Source: an uncultured virus (IMG/VR IMGVR_UViG_2579778730_000001)
Taxonomy: Duplodnaviria > Heunggongvirae > Uroviricota > Caudoviricetes
IMG/VR virus record: IMGVR_UViG_2579778730_000001
DNA: 36,363 bases
Direction: 5' to 3' (one strand)
Position 1 is the first letter of the stretch. The number at the start of each line of letters is the position of its first letter. Positions 9,750-17,922 of this stretch are shown here, one piece after another. Below the pieces are notes generated by a model. The model had not been told where the DNA came from. It did not search any database and saw only the letters and a program-made list of their open reading frames with translations. The translations under genes were made by a program, and so were the position numbers.

Positions 9750-11066
9750 TTACCTCCGCCCAAACAGGTTCACAACGTTGTTTTCCTGCTGCCGCTGATA
9801 GTTGTTAACCCGGTCTTCCCAGATCTCAAGCGCCCTACGCTTTTCAGGCAGGTAATCATAACGGTCATAATGTTTTGAGCTGACGTCATTCAGAGCATGG
9901 TTCTGAATACGGTCCCGGATCTCTTTGCTGATCCCCGCCTCCCCCATCAGCGTTTTACAGGTGCGGCGTAAATCTCGTGCGGTGAAAACTTTAAACTCAG
10001 GATTAAAGGCACGAAAATACATGATGGAACGCGCCAGGCTATCAGTACGTACCGGACGCTCACCGTTAGTTGATAGCGGGAAAATATAGGGACTGTTACT
10101 TTCCTTAGTCAGTTCTTTCACTGAGGCTAATTCCTGTAGCGCCGATTCAGTCAGCGGGATCAGGTGTTCGCGCTTGTTTTTCGATACATCGGCTATGACC
10201 AGTAACGTCTTTTGCTGCCAGTCAATCGCGCTCCACTGGCTGGCAATCATTTCAAACGGTCGCTGCCCACCAGCATAAACACAAAAGCGGATAAGATGCT
10301 GCATCAACGGTCCTACGTTGGTGGACTCTGCAAACCGCTCCATGACAAAACGAAGCTCTTCCAGCGTTAACCATGTATCACCCACTTTTTCCGCCGAAGA
10401 CTGCTTCGGTATAGCCGAGACCGGGTTAACTTCAAGACCGAACGTGATACCCACACTGGTATTCATCGGATCGTTATCGGCTTTCAGACCGTAGTTAAAT
10501 GCCGCCATCAGGTAGGAACGAATCCGGTTTGCATGGACCACAGCATCACGCTGGATAATGCCAGACAAGATTGTTTTGATCTGTAACGGCGTGACATCTT
10601 TCGCTTTGGTTTCGCGAGGAATGACCGAATAACACTCTTTTTCAAGACGCTTCAGCACATCGGCCCAGGTACGCTTGTTGTCGAGTTTCATCTTGTTAAC
10701 ATAGCCATGCACCAGTTCTTCAAACGATCCCTGCGAACGATGTAGCTGCATGATGTGCTGTTCGGCCAGGCGCTGTTGTTCAAGCTCTTGCTGGGGATCT
10801 TTTCCTTCAACAAGCCAGGCACCATACTTTTTCGCCAGATCATTGGCCGTCACCAGTTTCATCTCAGGCCAGATGCCCAACTGGATGAATTTCTCTTTCT
10901 TCCCTTTCTCAACGTAGTAACGGAAATAAAAAACCTTGCTACCTGAAGGCTGAACTTTGACGCCAAGCCTGCCGGTACCGCGCTGAGCGCTGTTGCTCCA
11001 CACGTAGTACGACGTGCTTTTTGTCTTCAATCCGCGTATAGCAGTCTCGGTAAGATTAGCGGCCAT
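9750..11066 (-). CDS. int: Tyrosine integrase with arm-binding N-domain (P4-like)
   Basis: LTETAIRGLK, GRLGVKVQPSGSKVFYFRY, GQRPFE, RDLRRT, IQNH, HYDRYDYLPEKRRALEIW; likely start ATG 11066. Confidence 0.93.
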   Translation of the reverse strand: MAANLTETAIRGLKTKSTSYYVWSNSAQRGTGRLGVKVQPSGSKVFYFRYYVEKGKKEKFIQLGIWPEMKLVTANDLAKKYGAWLVEGKDPQQELEQQRLAEQHIMQLHRSQGSFEELVHGYVNKMKLDNKRTWADVLKRLEKECYSVIPRETKAKDVTPLQIKTILSGIIQRDAVVHANRIRSYLMAAFNYGLKADNDPMNTSVGITFGLEVNPVSAIPKQSSAEKVGDTWLTLEELRFVMERFAESTNVGPLMQHLIRFCVYAGGQRPFEMIASQWSAIDWQQKTLLVIADVSKNKREHLIPLTESALQELASVKELTKESNSPYIFPLSTNGERPVRTDSLARSIMYFRAFNPEFKVFTARDLRRTCKTLMGEAGISKEIRDRIQNHALNDVSSKHYDRYDYLPEKRRALEIWEDRVNNYQRQQENNVVNLFGRR

Positions 11067-11091
11067 GAGGTTACCTTTCTGAGGATAAGCG

Positions 11092-11137
11092 TTACCTGAC
11101 CCAATGCCCATTTTGGGTCAGGTAATGGGTCAGGTAA
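11092..11137. repeat. Three copies of TGGGTCAGGTAA (likely integrase arm sites)
   Basis: Direct copies 11114-11125 and 11126-11137, inverted copy 11092-11103. Confidence 0.75.
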
Positions 11138-11263
11138 GGATAGTACAATGAGGAAATAAGAGAACCAATCAGAAACAAAAATTACTTTGTAACTAGTTGA
11201 TTATTAACAATTAAAAATACAAATAGAGGCAATGGCGAACAATTAGAAACATGCTGATTTTAT

Positions 11264-11310
11264 GACTCATAATCGCTTGGTCGCTGGTTCAAACCCAGCA
11301 GGGGCCACCA
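11264..11310 (+). repeat. att site: 3' 47 nt of tRNA-Ile2(CAT) (ileX/ileY-like), not a complete tRNA
   Basis: GACTCATAATCGCTTGGTCGCTGGTTCAAACCCAGCAGGGGCCACCA; 5' acceptor strand and D arm absent. Confidence 0.9.
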
Positions 11311-11318
11311 AATAAAAC

Positions 11319-11354
11319 AAGGGCTTACGTTAAAAACGTCAGCCCTTATTTTTT
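11319..11354 (+). terminator. Terminator-like hairpin after the tRNA fragment
   Basis: AAGGGCT-tacgtt...acgtc-AGCCCTT followed by T-run. Confidence 0.6.
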
Positions 11355-11507
11355 GCCAGGATATTTATAGGATATTTTGCACAGGTCACTATAGGTACTA
11401 ATGGTGAACAAAATAAATTTTGTTATTTCGCGGGTGTAAAAAAATTACTAAGCGGGCCGTAGCCGCTTTTTAACCGCCTGGCGATTCTCTGCCCCCCTAC
11501 CCCACGC

Positions 11508-11741
11508 GAACCGGAAACGTCCTCAACGCGCTCCAGACCGCACCACGCGTCGCTTTAACGCTATAACCAGCCATTTAACCTGAAACGGCTCGCTTCTATT
11601 TCCAGTTGGATCAATTGCAGGGCATTTCCGGTTAGCAAACACGTTTAAGCCGCGCCGCATCTGTATTCTGCACGAAACGGAACCGGAAACATCCCAAACA
11701 GAAAAATGCCAAAACGAGCTCCTTTTTGCAGGTGCGCGTCC
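11508..11741 (-). other. Putative lambda-type cos region (cosN-like plus cosB-like R sites)
   Basis: Minus strand GGACGCGCACCT (11741-11730), then GTTTCCGGTTC (11690-11680), inverted AACCGGAAA (11633-11625), CCGTTTCA (11588-11581), extra GTTTCCGGTTC (11518-11508); spacing resembles lambda cosN-R3-R2-R1. Confidence 0.45.
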
Positions 11742-11835
11742 CTTCTCTTACAACTCTCGTTTGGCTTTATTCATCATGAGTAGTCCCAGCATGCACCTTC
11801 AGTTCAAGTATTTAATTGAGGATGGTTTACAACTA

Positions 11836-14067
11836 TCAGAATGATTTACTGAGCTCAATAGCATCTCTGATTTCTTCTGTCTGAGCAGGAAATTTCCCTT
11901 CAGCCTCAATACGTTCGAGTTTGTTCAGCAGCAACTCATCACCACCGAACATATATCCAACATCGCTTAGTTCAAGAACCAGGTAATGCCCATGCGAACT
12001 GGAAATAATATGGTTACGCAGGCTTAGTACCAGCGTCAGAAAATCTTCATCACTGGCAGAGTGTTGCGTGATCCAAGCTTTCAACGCTTCCTCGCCAGCA
12101 ATATCCCTCCATGCCCATACAAAGCTTCTCAGTGATATCCCTACGGGAAGTTGAGACATACGTTTATCGCCATTTATACGCTTATAGAAATGACTCCGAA
12201 CCTGTTCCAGCTCTTCGTTGGTTAGTATACGTTCCTGCTCTGGCAAAACCCGATTTCCGGCCAGTCCGTTTTGCCATAATAAATGGCGTATATAATCTGC
12301 AATCCAGAATAATGATTCTCCCTTAACTGTTAGGGACAAAAGAAGCTCAATTGCCTTATCACGATTAGCATCAAGCATTTGTTTCAGGAATCGATCGACA
12401 ACCCGCTTTATATCCAGATCATGCGGGGAAAACCAGCGATTTCGCTGCCGATAACGAGCAATGATTTCATCTCCAAAATGAAAAAAGAAGGTCAGCATAC
12501 CAGCACAATCATTCTCAGAACGCGTGTTAATCATTGGCCAGGTTAGCTGGCTCAGGATATGCTCAAACCAGGTACGGGAGGAGATACCGTTACTGTTGAT
12601 ACGCGACAGCAGCTCTTCAGCCAGAGCAGAATACGTTTCTGCAGAACTCGCCATATCGAAGAGATGATTAAAGTAGTCAGGTGGCAGAACATTCTGCGGA
12701 GAGGAAAAAGCAAAGTAATATCGCCAGTAAGCTCCACTTCCCAGCCGGCGTTTTGTCGTCATTTCCGCCTTTTCTTCATCCGGAATTTGTCCGAACAGGG
12801 ACAAATTTTCGACGTTATATCCTGAGATACCTGGTATCAGTCTGCGCAGTGAAGTAGCTGACTTCGCTTGGGATGATTTAAAACGTGCGAGACATGCCCC
12901 GAGTTCTTCTGTCAGCGTCCTCTTTTCTTCCTCACTGACGCTGCCGTCACCAGACTCAACCACAGCCCGTTCTGTCAGGTACTCCTCTATCCAGTTGTAC
13001 AACGCATTATGGGTAATATGAATGAGCTGCAGAAAGCACAGATCAGGCAGATAAACATAGTCACGGATTCCACTGTACCTAAAAGCCAGTCCGCTCAGTG
13101 CCAGCTGTACTTCACGCGGCGTCTTCAGACTGGCACCGTAGGTATCTGTCACCAGTGACAGGTCGCTGATAATGCTTTGATCCGGCTCAGTCCCATTGAC
13201 TGACTGGTATAAACTTACGGCTCCGGCATGAAATTCACGCCTGAGATCAAAAGCTTCCGGACGCGGCAGCGAGAAGGAAATCTGGACAATCTTTTGTAAG
13301 TACAAGTCTCCGTCGGCCACGCCAAGTCCATTCTGAATGGCCTGAGCCAGCACGGCTCGGTCATAGCACATAAGGTAGCGAAAGCGTGGAAAATCAGCGA
13401 CGGATTTGACCAGGCGAATGACCTCAATAGCCTGCGCCGGCTCCAGCCTGTCCAGGTCATCAAGTAGCACGATGAAGCTGAGATCGAGAGCAACAATTTT
13501 TTCCGCAATTTCTGTTCGTAATTCAGCCGTCGTTTTTCCTCTTCCCTTCAAGTCAGCTTCAGAAAGGGCTTTAAGTAACCCGTTGGTATTAGGTATTCCG
13601 GGGAACAATGCCGCAATCTCCGCTGCCGGAGCCAAATGGCGAGCTGTTGCCTGTGTATACCGCAGTACGTTGCCTGCGGTTTCTGTCAGTTGTTTTTTCT
13701 TCTTTAAGCTGCGACGTTGAATGGGTGAAAGGCGTCGTTCTTCTTCCCGGGCTATAATGGCGGCTACAGGAATGAGAAGGCTTTCAACTGTGCTGTTATT
13801 ACCACCGTCAAGCCAGGGTGAAATGGAAAGTACAAACGTATTATCCTCCCGCTCTTCTTCCAGTTCGTTTCGAAGCAGGTTAAGTAAGCTGGTTTTCCCG
13901 GAACCCCATGAACCTTCAATGCCGATAACGGCACAGCCTTCTCTCCCTACTCCCATGACAGAACGGGCCAGTTGTTGCGCCACATGACGAAAGCCGTATC
14001 GATCCTCATCAGGATGGCTGACTGGCCTGTCCGGCATTACAGTGTCGGTCGGGTGTTTTTCTTTCAT
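11836..14067 (-). CDS. pifA: KAP-family P-loop NTPase, PifA-like phage exclusion protein
   Basis: EDRYGF, GIEGSWGSGKTSLLNL, LLDDLDRLEP, YLQKIVQISFSLPRPEAFDLR, WRYYFAFSSPQNVLPP; 743 aa; motifs match F-plasmid PifA as recalled. Confidence 0.8.
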   Translation of the reverse strand: MKEKHPTDTVMPDRPVSHPDEDRYGFRHVAQQLARSVMGVGREGCAVIGIEGSWGSGKTSLLNLLRNELEEEREDNTFVLSISPWLDGGNNSTVESLLIPVAAIIAREEERRLSPIQRRSLKKKKQLTETAGNVLRYTQATARHLAPAAEIAALFPGIPNTNGLLKALSEADLKGRGKTTAELRTEIAEKIVALDLSFIVLLDDLDRLEPAQAIEVIRLVKSVADFPRFRYLMCYDRAVLAQAIQNGLGVADGDLYLQKIVQISFSLPRPEAFDLRREFHAGAVSLYQSVNGTEPDQSIISDLSLVTDTYGASLKTPREVQLALSGLAFRYSGIRDYVYLPDLCFLQLIHITHNALYNWIEEYLTERAVVESGDGSVSEEEKRTLTEELGACLARFKSSQAKSATSLRRLIPGISGYNVENLSLFGQIPDEEKAEMTTKRRLGSGAYWRYYFAFSSPQNVLPPDYFNHLFDMASSAETYSALAEELLSRINSNGISSRTWFEHILSQLTWPMINTRSENDCAGMLTFFFHFGDEIIARYRQRNRWFSPHDLDIKRVVDRFLKQMLDANRDKAIELLLSLTVKGESLFWIADYIRHLLWQNGLAGNRVLPEQERILTNEELEQVRSHFYKRINGDKRMSQLPVGISLRSFVWAWRDIAGEEALKAWITQHSASDEDFLTLVLSLRNHIISSSHGHYLVLELSDVGYMFGGDELLLNKLERIEAEGKFPAQTEEIRDAIELSKSF

Positions 14068-14310
14068 ACTCAGAGGTCTCCGTATAGGTAGAGCAGTCCG
14101 ATTAGAGCCTCCTTAAGGAAGCTCGCCTGAGATTTCATTGTGAGTTTTCCCAGCCCAGCATCTCAAACGCTTCAGGATAGAGTACATACAACGCGAGCAG
14201 GCCCAGCACTTCAATGAAGCTCAGCCACCCGTATGCCCTAAAAAGTCCTGACAGTTGGTCAGCCGTTACCTGCCTAAGGTAACAATGGGGTAAATTCGCC
14301 ACGAAAAATC

Positions 14311-15000
14311 TTAAAGCCCCAGGCTTTTTTTAACTAGCTCACCCACTATCGGCCAAATAACTGGCTGTAAAGCACTCCATGCAGGGCCACATACCTTCTC
14401 TAACAGGCTCTTTGCTTCTTTAGCATTGCCTTCATTCGCTTCGTTAATGACCTTTTCAAGATCAGAGCGCTGCTGAGGGTTCACCACCTGTCCCTGACTC
14501 TCCAAAATAGAAATTAACTTAGCGACAATTTCTGAATCCGTCCCATTAGTGATGGCCATTGATTGATTAACTCTCTCACCTGCAGCAAGCTGAAGATTCT
14601 CGAACTGCCCACCAGAAATATGAATATTATTTACCACTCGCTGCACTCGCTGAGGTCGGTTAGGAGATTTACGCGATTCTTTGTAACCATTTTCGGTCAG
14701 ATAAGCATACTCACGCTTACTCACAGAACCAATGAAGATCACCCCACTACCAAATGAGCTTGGATCAATAATTTCCATTGGCCCAGTTTTGATTAAACGA
14801 GCTTTCTCTAAATCTTTAAACGCTACCTCAAAATCTACTTTGGTAATGTCATCTACATTGCATACTGCGGTAGCCAGCGCTTCAATCTTGGGCCCAATAT
14901 AACCATCTTTAAGATCCTGTGCACTCAACCCTCTATCGGTAAAATCTGCTAAAAGAGTACCCAGAATTTGTTTTGCTGCTTCATCTAATTGTCCGGCCAT
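14311..15000 (-). CDS. Hypothetical protein with RHIM-like central segment; candidate defence protein
   Basis: 229-aa AT-rich ORF; aa ~122-147 VVNNIHISGGQFENLQLAAGERVNQS; helical amphipathic C-terminus. Confidence 0.6.
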   Translation of the reverse strand: MAGQLDEAAKQILGTLLADFTDRGLSAQDLKDGYIGPKIEALATAVCNVDDITKVDFEVAFKDLEKARLIKTGPMEIIDPSSFGSGVIFIGSVSKREYAYLTENGYKESRKSPNRPQRVQRVVNNIHISGGQFENLQLAAGERVNQSMAITNGTDSEIVAKLISILESQGQVVNPQQRSDLEKVINEANEGNAKEAKSLLEKVCGPAWSALQPVIWPIVGELVKKSLGL

Positions 15001-15093
15001 TTCTATTACCTTATGATTGATTAGTCATTGCAATAAATATGGTCTTTCCCTAAATAGCAACTAACGAACTTAACATTTTCAGTAACCTGTAAG

Positions 15094-15426
15094 CTAATTC
15101 ACACTTTGAGTTTGCTCGCTCTGATAAGTACCGATGCACTCGGCTGCCAGCTTTGGAAGTCGTACACCAACGCTGGCGGTCCGGTACCACATTCTGGCCA
15201 CTTTGGTACGGATCCTTTCTATCTGATAATCCGGCACCTGCGGGTAAGTTCGGTTGATGACCAGCGATAAACCGTCCAGAATTGGGGATATTTCTCCGGC
15301 CAGCCGGGAAAGCGTACAGATGCTAAACTCCGTGTCGATAATCTTCCCGTTCTTACGTTCGGTCTCCAACCCCTGCATATCAACTTGGGCATTAGTCAGT
15401 CGAATCCGTGCCTTAAGCAATTTCTC
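15094..15426 (-). pseudogene. C-terminal fragment of lambda Nu1-like terminase small subunit
   Basis: RLTNAQVDMQGL...DTEFSICTLSRLAGEISPILDGLSLVINRTYP resembles Nu1 RLTRAQADAQEL...ETAFCTFVLSRIAGEIASILDGLPLSVQRRFP; DNA-binding N-terminus missing. Confidence 0.75.
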
Positions 15427-15695
15427 GTCGGTGAACTGGATGTTTCCATCTACAATACGCCAGGTAATTTTTTCATACTGCAGACTGATGCTTTCAACAT
15501 GGTTCATTTTATCGTTACCCGCTAACTTCAGCAGTTAACATCGGTAATTTTACCATTAGCGCTGTCTACCGGCAGGTTAATTCCGTGACTTAATCCGATG
15601 ATTTCTATACTTCCTTCACGATCCTGCACATCTACAGAACCTTTAATGTCTGCACCACCGTCATCTTTAAACCACATATATGGAGGGATTGGCAT
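15427..15695 (-). pseudogene. hcp: Orphan hcp with internal deletion/frameshift and truncated end
   Basis: MPIPPYMWFKDDGGADIKGSVDVQDREGSIEIIGLSHG...GKIT then stop; a second frame gives NHVESISLQYEKITWRIVDGNIQFTD. Confidence 0.88.
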
Positions 15696-15696
15696 T

Positions 15697-15963
15697 TCAT
15701 TTGCTCCTTATTTTTTTAACAAGTTTAATCACTGTTATATAAATAACTGCTGCCATAATGAGTACAGAGAAAAAATCAATGTAAAAGCAAGCATCGTAAA
15801 TTGATTCTGCGTTTACATCACCACTCATAAACTGGGCGAGATTTCTTGCAAGATCGTGGCTTATATAAACCTCAGCGGGGCCAAGTGTCCGGGCGATAGC
15901 AAACGTGATAAAAATAAAAAATGCCACTTTGGCAACCCTACGGGCAAGTGTTTTTATAGTCAC
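15697..15963 (-). CDS. Small two-TM membrane protein, putative immunity partner of the DUF2778 effector
   Basis: Two hydrophobic segments; overlaps the DUF2778 gene end and abuts hcp. Confidence 0.55.
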   Translation of the reverse strand: MTIKTLARRVAKVAFFIFITFAIARTLGPAEVYISHDLARNLAQFMSGDVNAESIYDACFYIDFFSVLIMAAVIYITVIKLVKKIRSK

Positions 15964-16458
15964 TGGCTACTACCTCAACCCAACCGCGAGCCATGAGGGA
16001 CCGCATACAAGGAACCTGCACAGGCGTTGTATTCATCAACGCATTTCTGATTAGTGCATAATCTGAGTTATGAGCAATTGTTATACAACCCTCAGATGCA
16101 GTTCCCGGATGCAGCCTGAACAACCCCCGATGAACGCCATCAACCCATGCACCGTCATCAATCCCCCAGTCGTCCCTGTACAGGGCAAACCATTCATCAC
16201 GCCCAAATGCAGCACCATGACGTATCTTATTCCATGCATCCTGTATTTCAGATTTTCTCTGTGAAAAGAATCCTCCAGAACCACGTTCCACAATCCAGTA
16301 TTTACCCGGCGGCAAGGCCCATCACCTTTCATAGCCCCACATGCCCCTTTGTTCCGGTAAATTCCATTACCAGAAAACGCCATAAAAACCCCGACGCCAT
16401 ACAGATTTAAAGGGGAGTAATCTGCACCATTCAATAGCAGCTTTCCATTTAACGCCAT
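15938..16458 (-). pseudogene. DUF2778 / Tlde1-like L,D-transpeptidase-fold effector, 1-bp frameshift near 16315
   Basis: AFSGNG...GDGP | LPPGKYWIV...RGLFRLHPGTASEGCIT split over ORFs 16081-16458 and 15938-16315. Confidence 0.8.
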
Positions 16459-16826
16459 AAATACTCTATATCCTTATAATGTATCAGGTTAATGGTACTG
16501 CTTTTCTGTTCTGTGCCCCAAAGTAAAATGTGATTTGTTGTGATATAAAACATCAACACATCCTTAAAATTTCTGCGCATTTACGTTGTAACGATTTAGT
16601 TTATGATAATTTCTGTTTCCCGCTCCGCCCGCAGCACCCCTGCCATCAAGCTATCATCAGTCCAGTATCATGTATCACTCCCCCTCAGCTATCTAATTTA
16701 ATTATTTAAGCACGCCAGACATTCTTTATTTTTATGGTGGTTAATAATTCCACGCCATTTATTACATACTTACACTATCCACAGGCGTAACGTTTTTCCT
16801 GTCAAGTTAACAAGGAAGCGTTAAAA

Positions 16827-17183
16827 ATGCCGTGGAATAAAAAAGCCGCAGTAAATTATGCACAGCTACACGCCCAGGGGAAAAGTACCCATTATTGCGC
16901 CAGATTCGTCTGCAACGCTGTCAACGCTGGTGGTATTCACCTGACCTGCGCAAATGCGAAAGACCTTGGGCGGCATCTCGCTGACGCCGGGTTCTATGAA
17001 ACCCATGACCTGCTTCAGGCCGGTGATATTGCGGTTATTCAGGGTACGCAGCATCACCAATATGGTCACGTCTGTATATTTGATGGCCATCAGTGGATCA
17101 GCGATTTTCGTCAAAAGACGATGTACCCGGGCGTCGAATACCGCGCCTTAAAGCCTTCGTTTATTATTTATCGGCATGATTAA
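16827..17183 (+). CDS. CHAP/NlpC-P60 peptidoglycan amidase, T6SS effector-like (TseH/Tae-like)
   Basis: HYCARFV (Cys), GDIAVI, YGHVCIFDG (His), WISDFRQ; no signal peptide; AAGGAAG RBS. Confidence 0.75.
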   Translation: MPWNKKAAVNYAQLHAQGKSTHYCARFVCNAVNAGGIHLTCANAKDLGRHLADAGFYETHDLLQAGDIAVIQGTQHHQYGHVCIFDGHQWISDFRQKTMYPGVEYRALKPSFIIYRHD

Positions 17184-17616
17184 TATGACTCGTATCGCCT
17201 GTCTTCTGCTTTTGGCTACTTCGACGGTAGCCGCCTCGGAGAATACTGCGCCGCAGGACGCTGCCGTTGAGTTTAATCGCTGGTATCTTAGCCAGGTTAC
17301 TCAAAACATTGCCCCAGATTATGCCAACAATGTAATGCAAAAATACGTAACTACCGCAACGCTAGGAAAATTACGCCGCGTCAACGAACAGGAGCGCCAG
17401 TCGGGCGAACAGCTTTATGACGCCGATTTTTTTATTAAGTCGCAATATATCGGTGATGACTGGTCGAAAAATATAGCCGTTCTGTCCGCTGATGCCGATC
17501 CAGTTTGTTTCAACGTTCAGATTGCATTTGGAGCGAAGCAGGAGCATGTAGTGGCGGATTGTATGATTAAGGAAAACGAACTGTGGAAAATTCAGTCAGT
17601 GACAAATGTTAAATAA
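17176..17616 (+). CDS. DUF3828-like periplasmic immunity protein
   Basis: Signal peptide, FNRWYL, YDADFFIKSQY, WKIQSV; overlaps the amidase stop. Confidence 0.7.
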   Translation: MINMTRIACLLLLATSTVAASENTAPQDAAVEFNRWYLSQVTQNIAPDYANNVMQKYVTTATLGKLRRVNEQERQSGEQLYDADFFIKSQYIGDDWSKNIAVLSADADPVCFNVQIAFGAKQEHVVADCMIKENELWKIQSVTNVK

Positions 17617-17644
17617 AAAAGAGCGTCTCCCGACGCTCTTTTTT
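17615..17644. terminator. Bidirectional intrinsic terminator
   Basis: AAAAAAGAGCGTC-TCCC-GACGCTCTTTTTT between convergent immunity gene and ogr. Confidence 0.85.
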
Positions 17645-17656
17645 ATTTATATCCAG

Positions 17657-17854
17657 TTACATCCCGTTGCGCACCCCTGCGGCATCCGCGTTCTTCGCCT
17701 TCGCCACAATAAATCGTTCGACGGATTCCATTGTCACAAAGGTGCAACTGCAGTTTACATTGGTGCACTGGTGATAGCGCTCTTTGGTATTTTCACTTAA
17801 ATAACGGCTGGTTCTGGCGTGTGCAGAAGAACGGCACTGCGGGCAATGAAACAT
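17657..17854 (-). CDS. ogr: Ogr/Delta zinc-finger late activator
   Basis: MFHCPQC...AHARTSRYLS...ERYHQCTNVNCSCTF. Confidence 0.95.
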   Translation of the reverse strand: MFHCPQCRSSAHARTSRYLSENTKERYHQCTNVNCSCTFVTMESVERFIVAKAKNADAAGVRNGM

Positions 17855-17922
17855 ATTTTCTCTCCCTCGGTGAGCTGATGGAAATAATTATCCCACCGTT
17901 TTTCGCCATCCAGAAACGTTAT

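Larger units (their letters stand above)
1..11310. mobile_element. Integrative genomic island (CP4-57/P4-integrase type) at tRNA-Ile2; left end outside window
   Basis: Tyrosine integrase next to a duplicated tRNA 3' end, with alpA, yfjI-like, yagK-like genes and defence cargo. Confidence 0.8.

Noticed and set aside
11230..11310. Complete tRNA-Met/Ile gene
   Set aside because: Only the anticodon loop to CCA is present; the upstream sequence cannot form the acceptor or D stem
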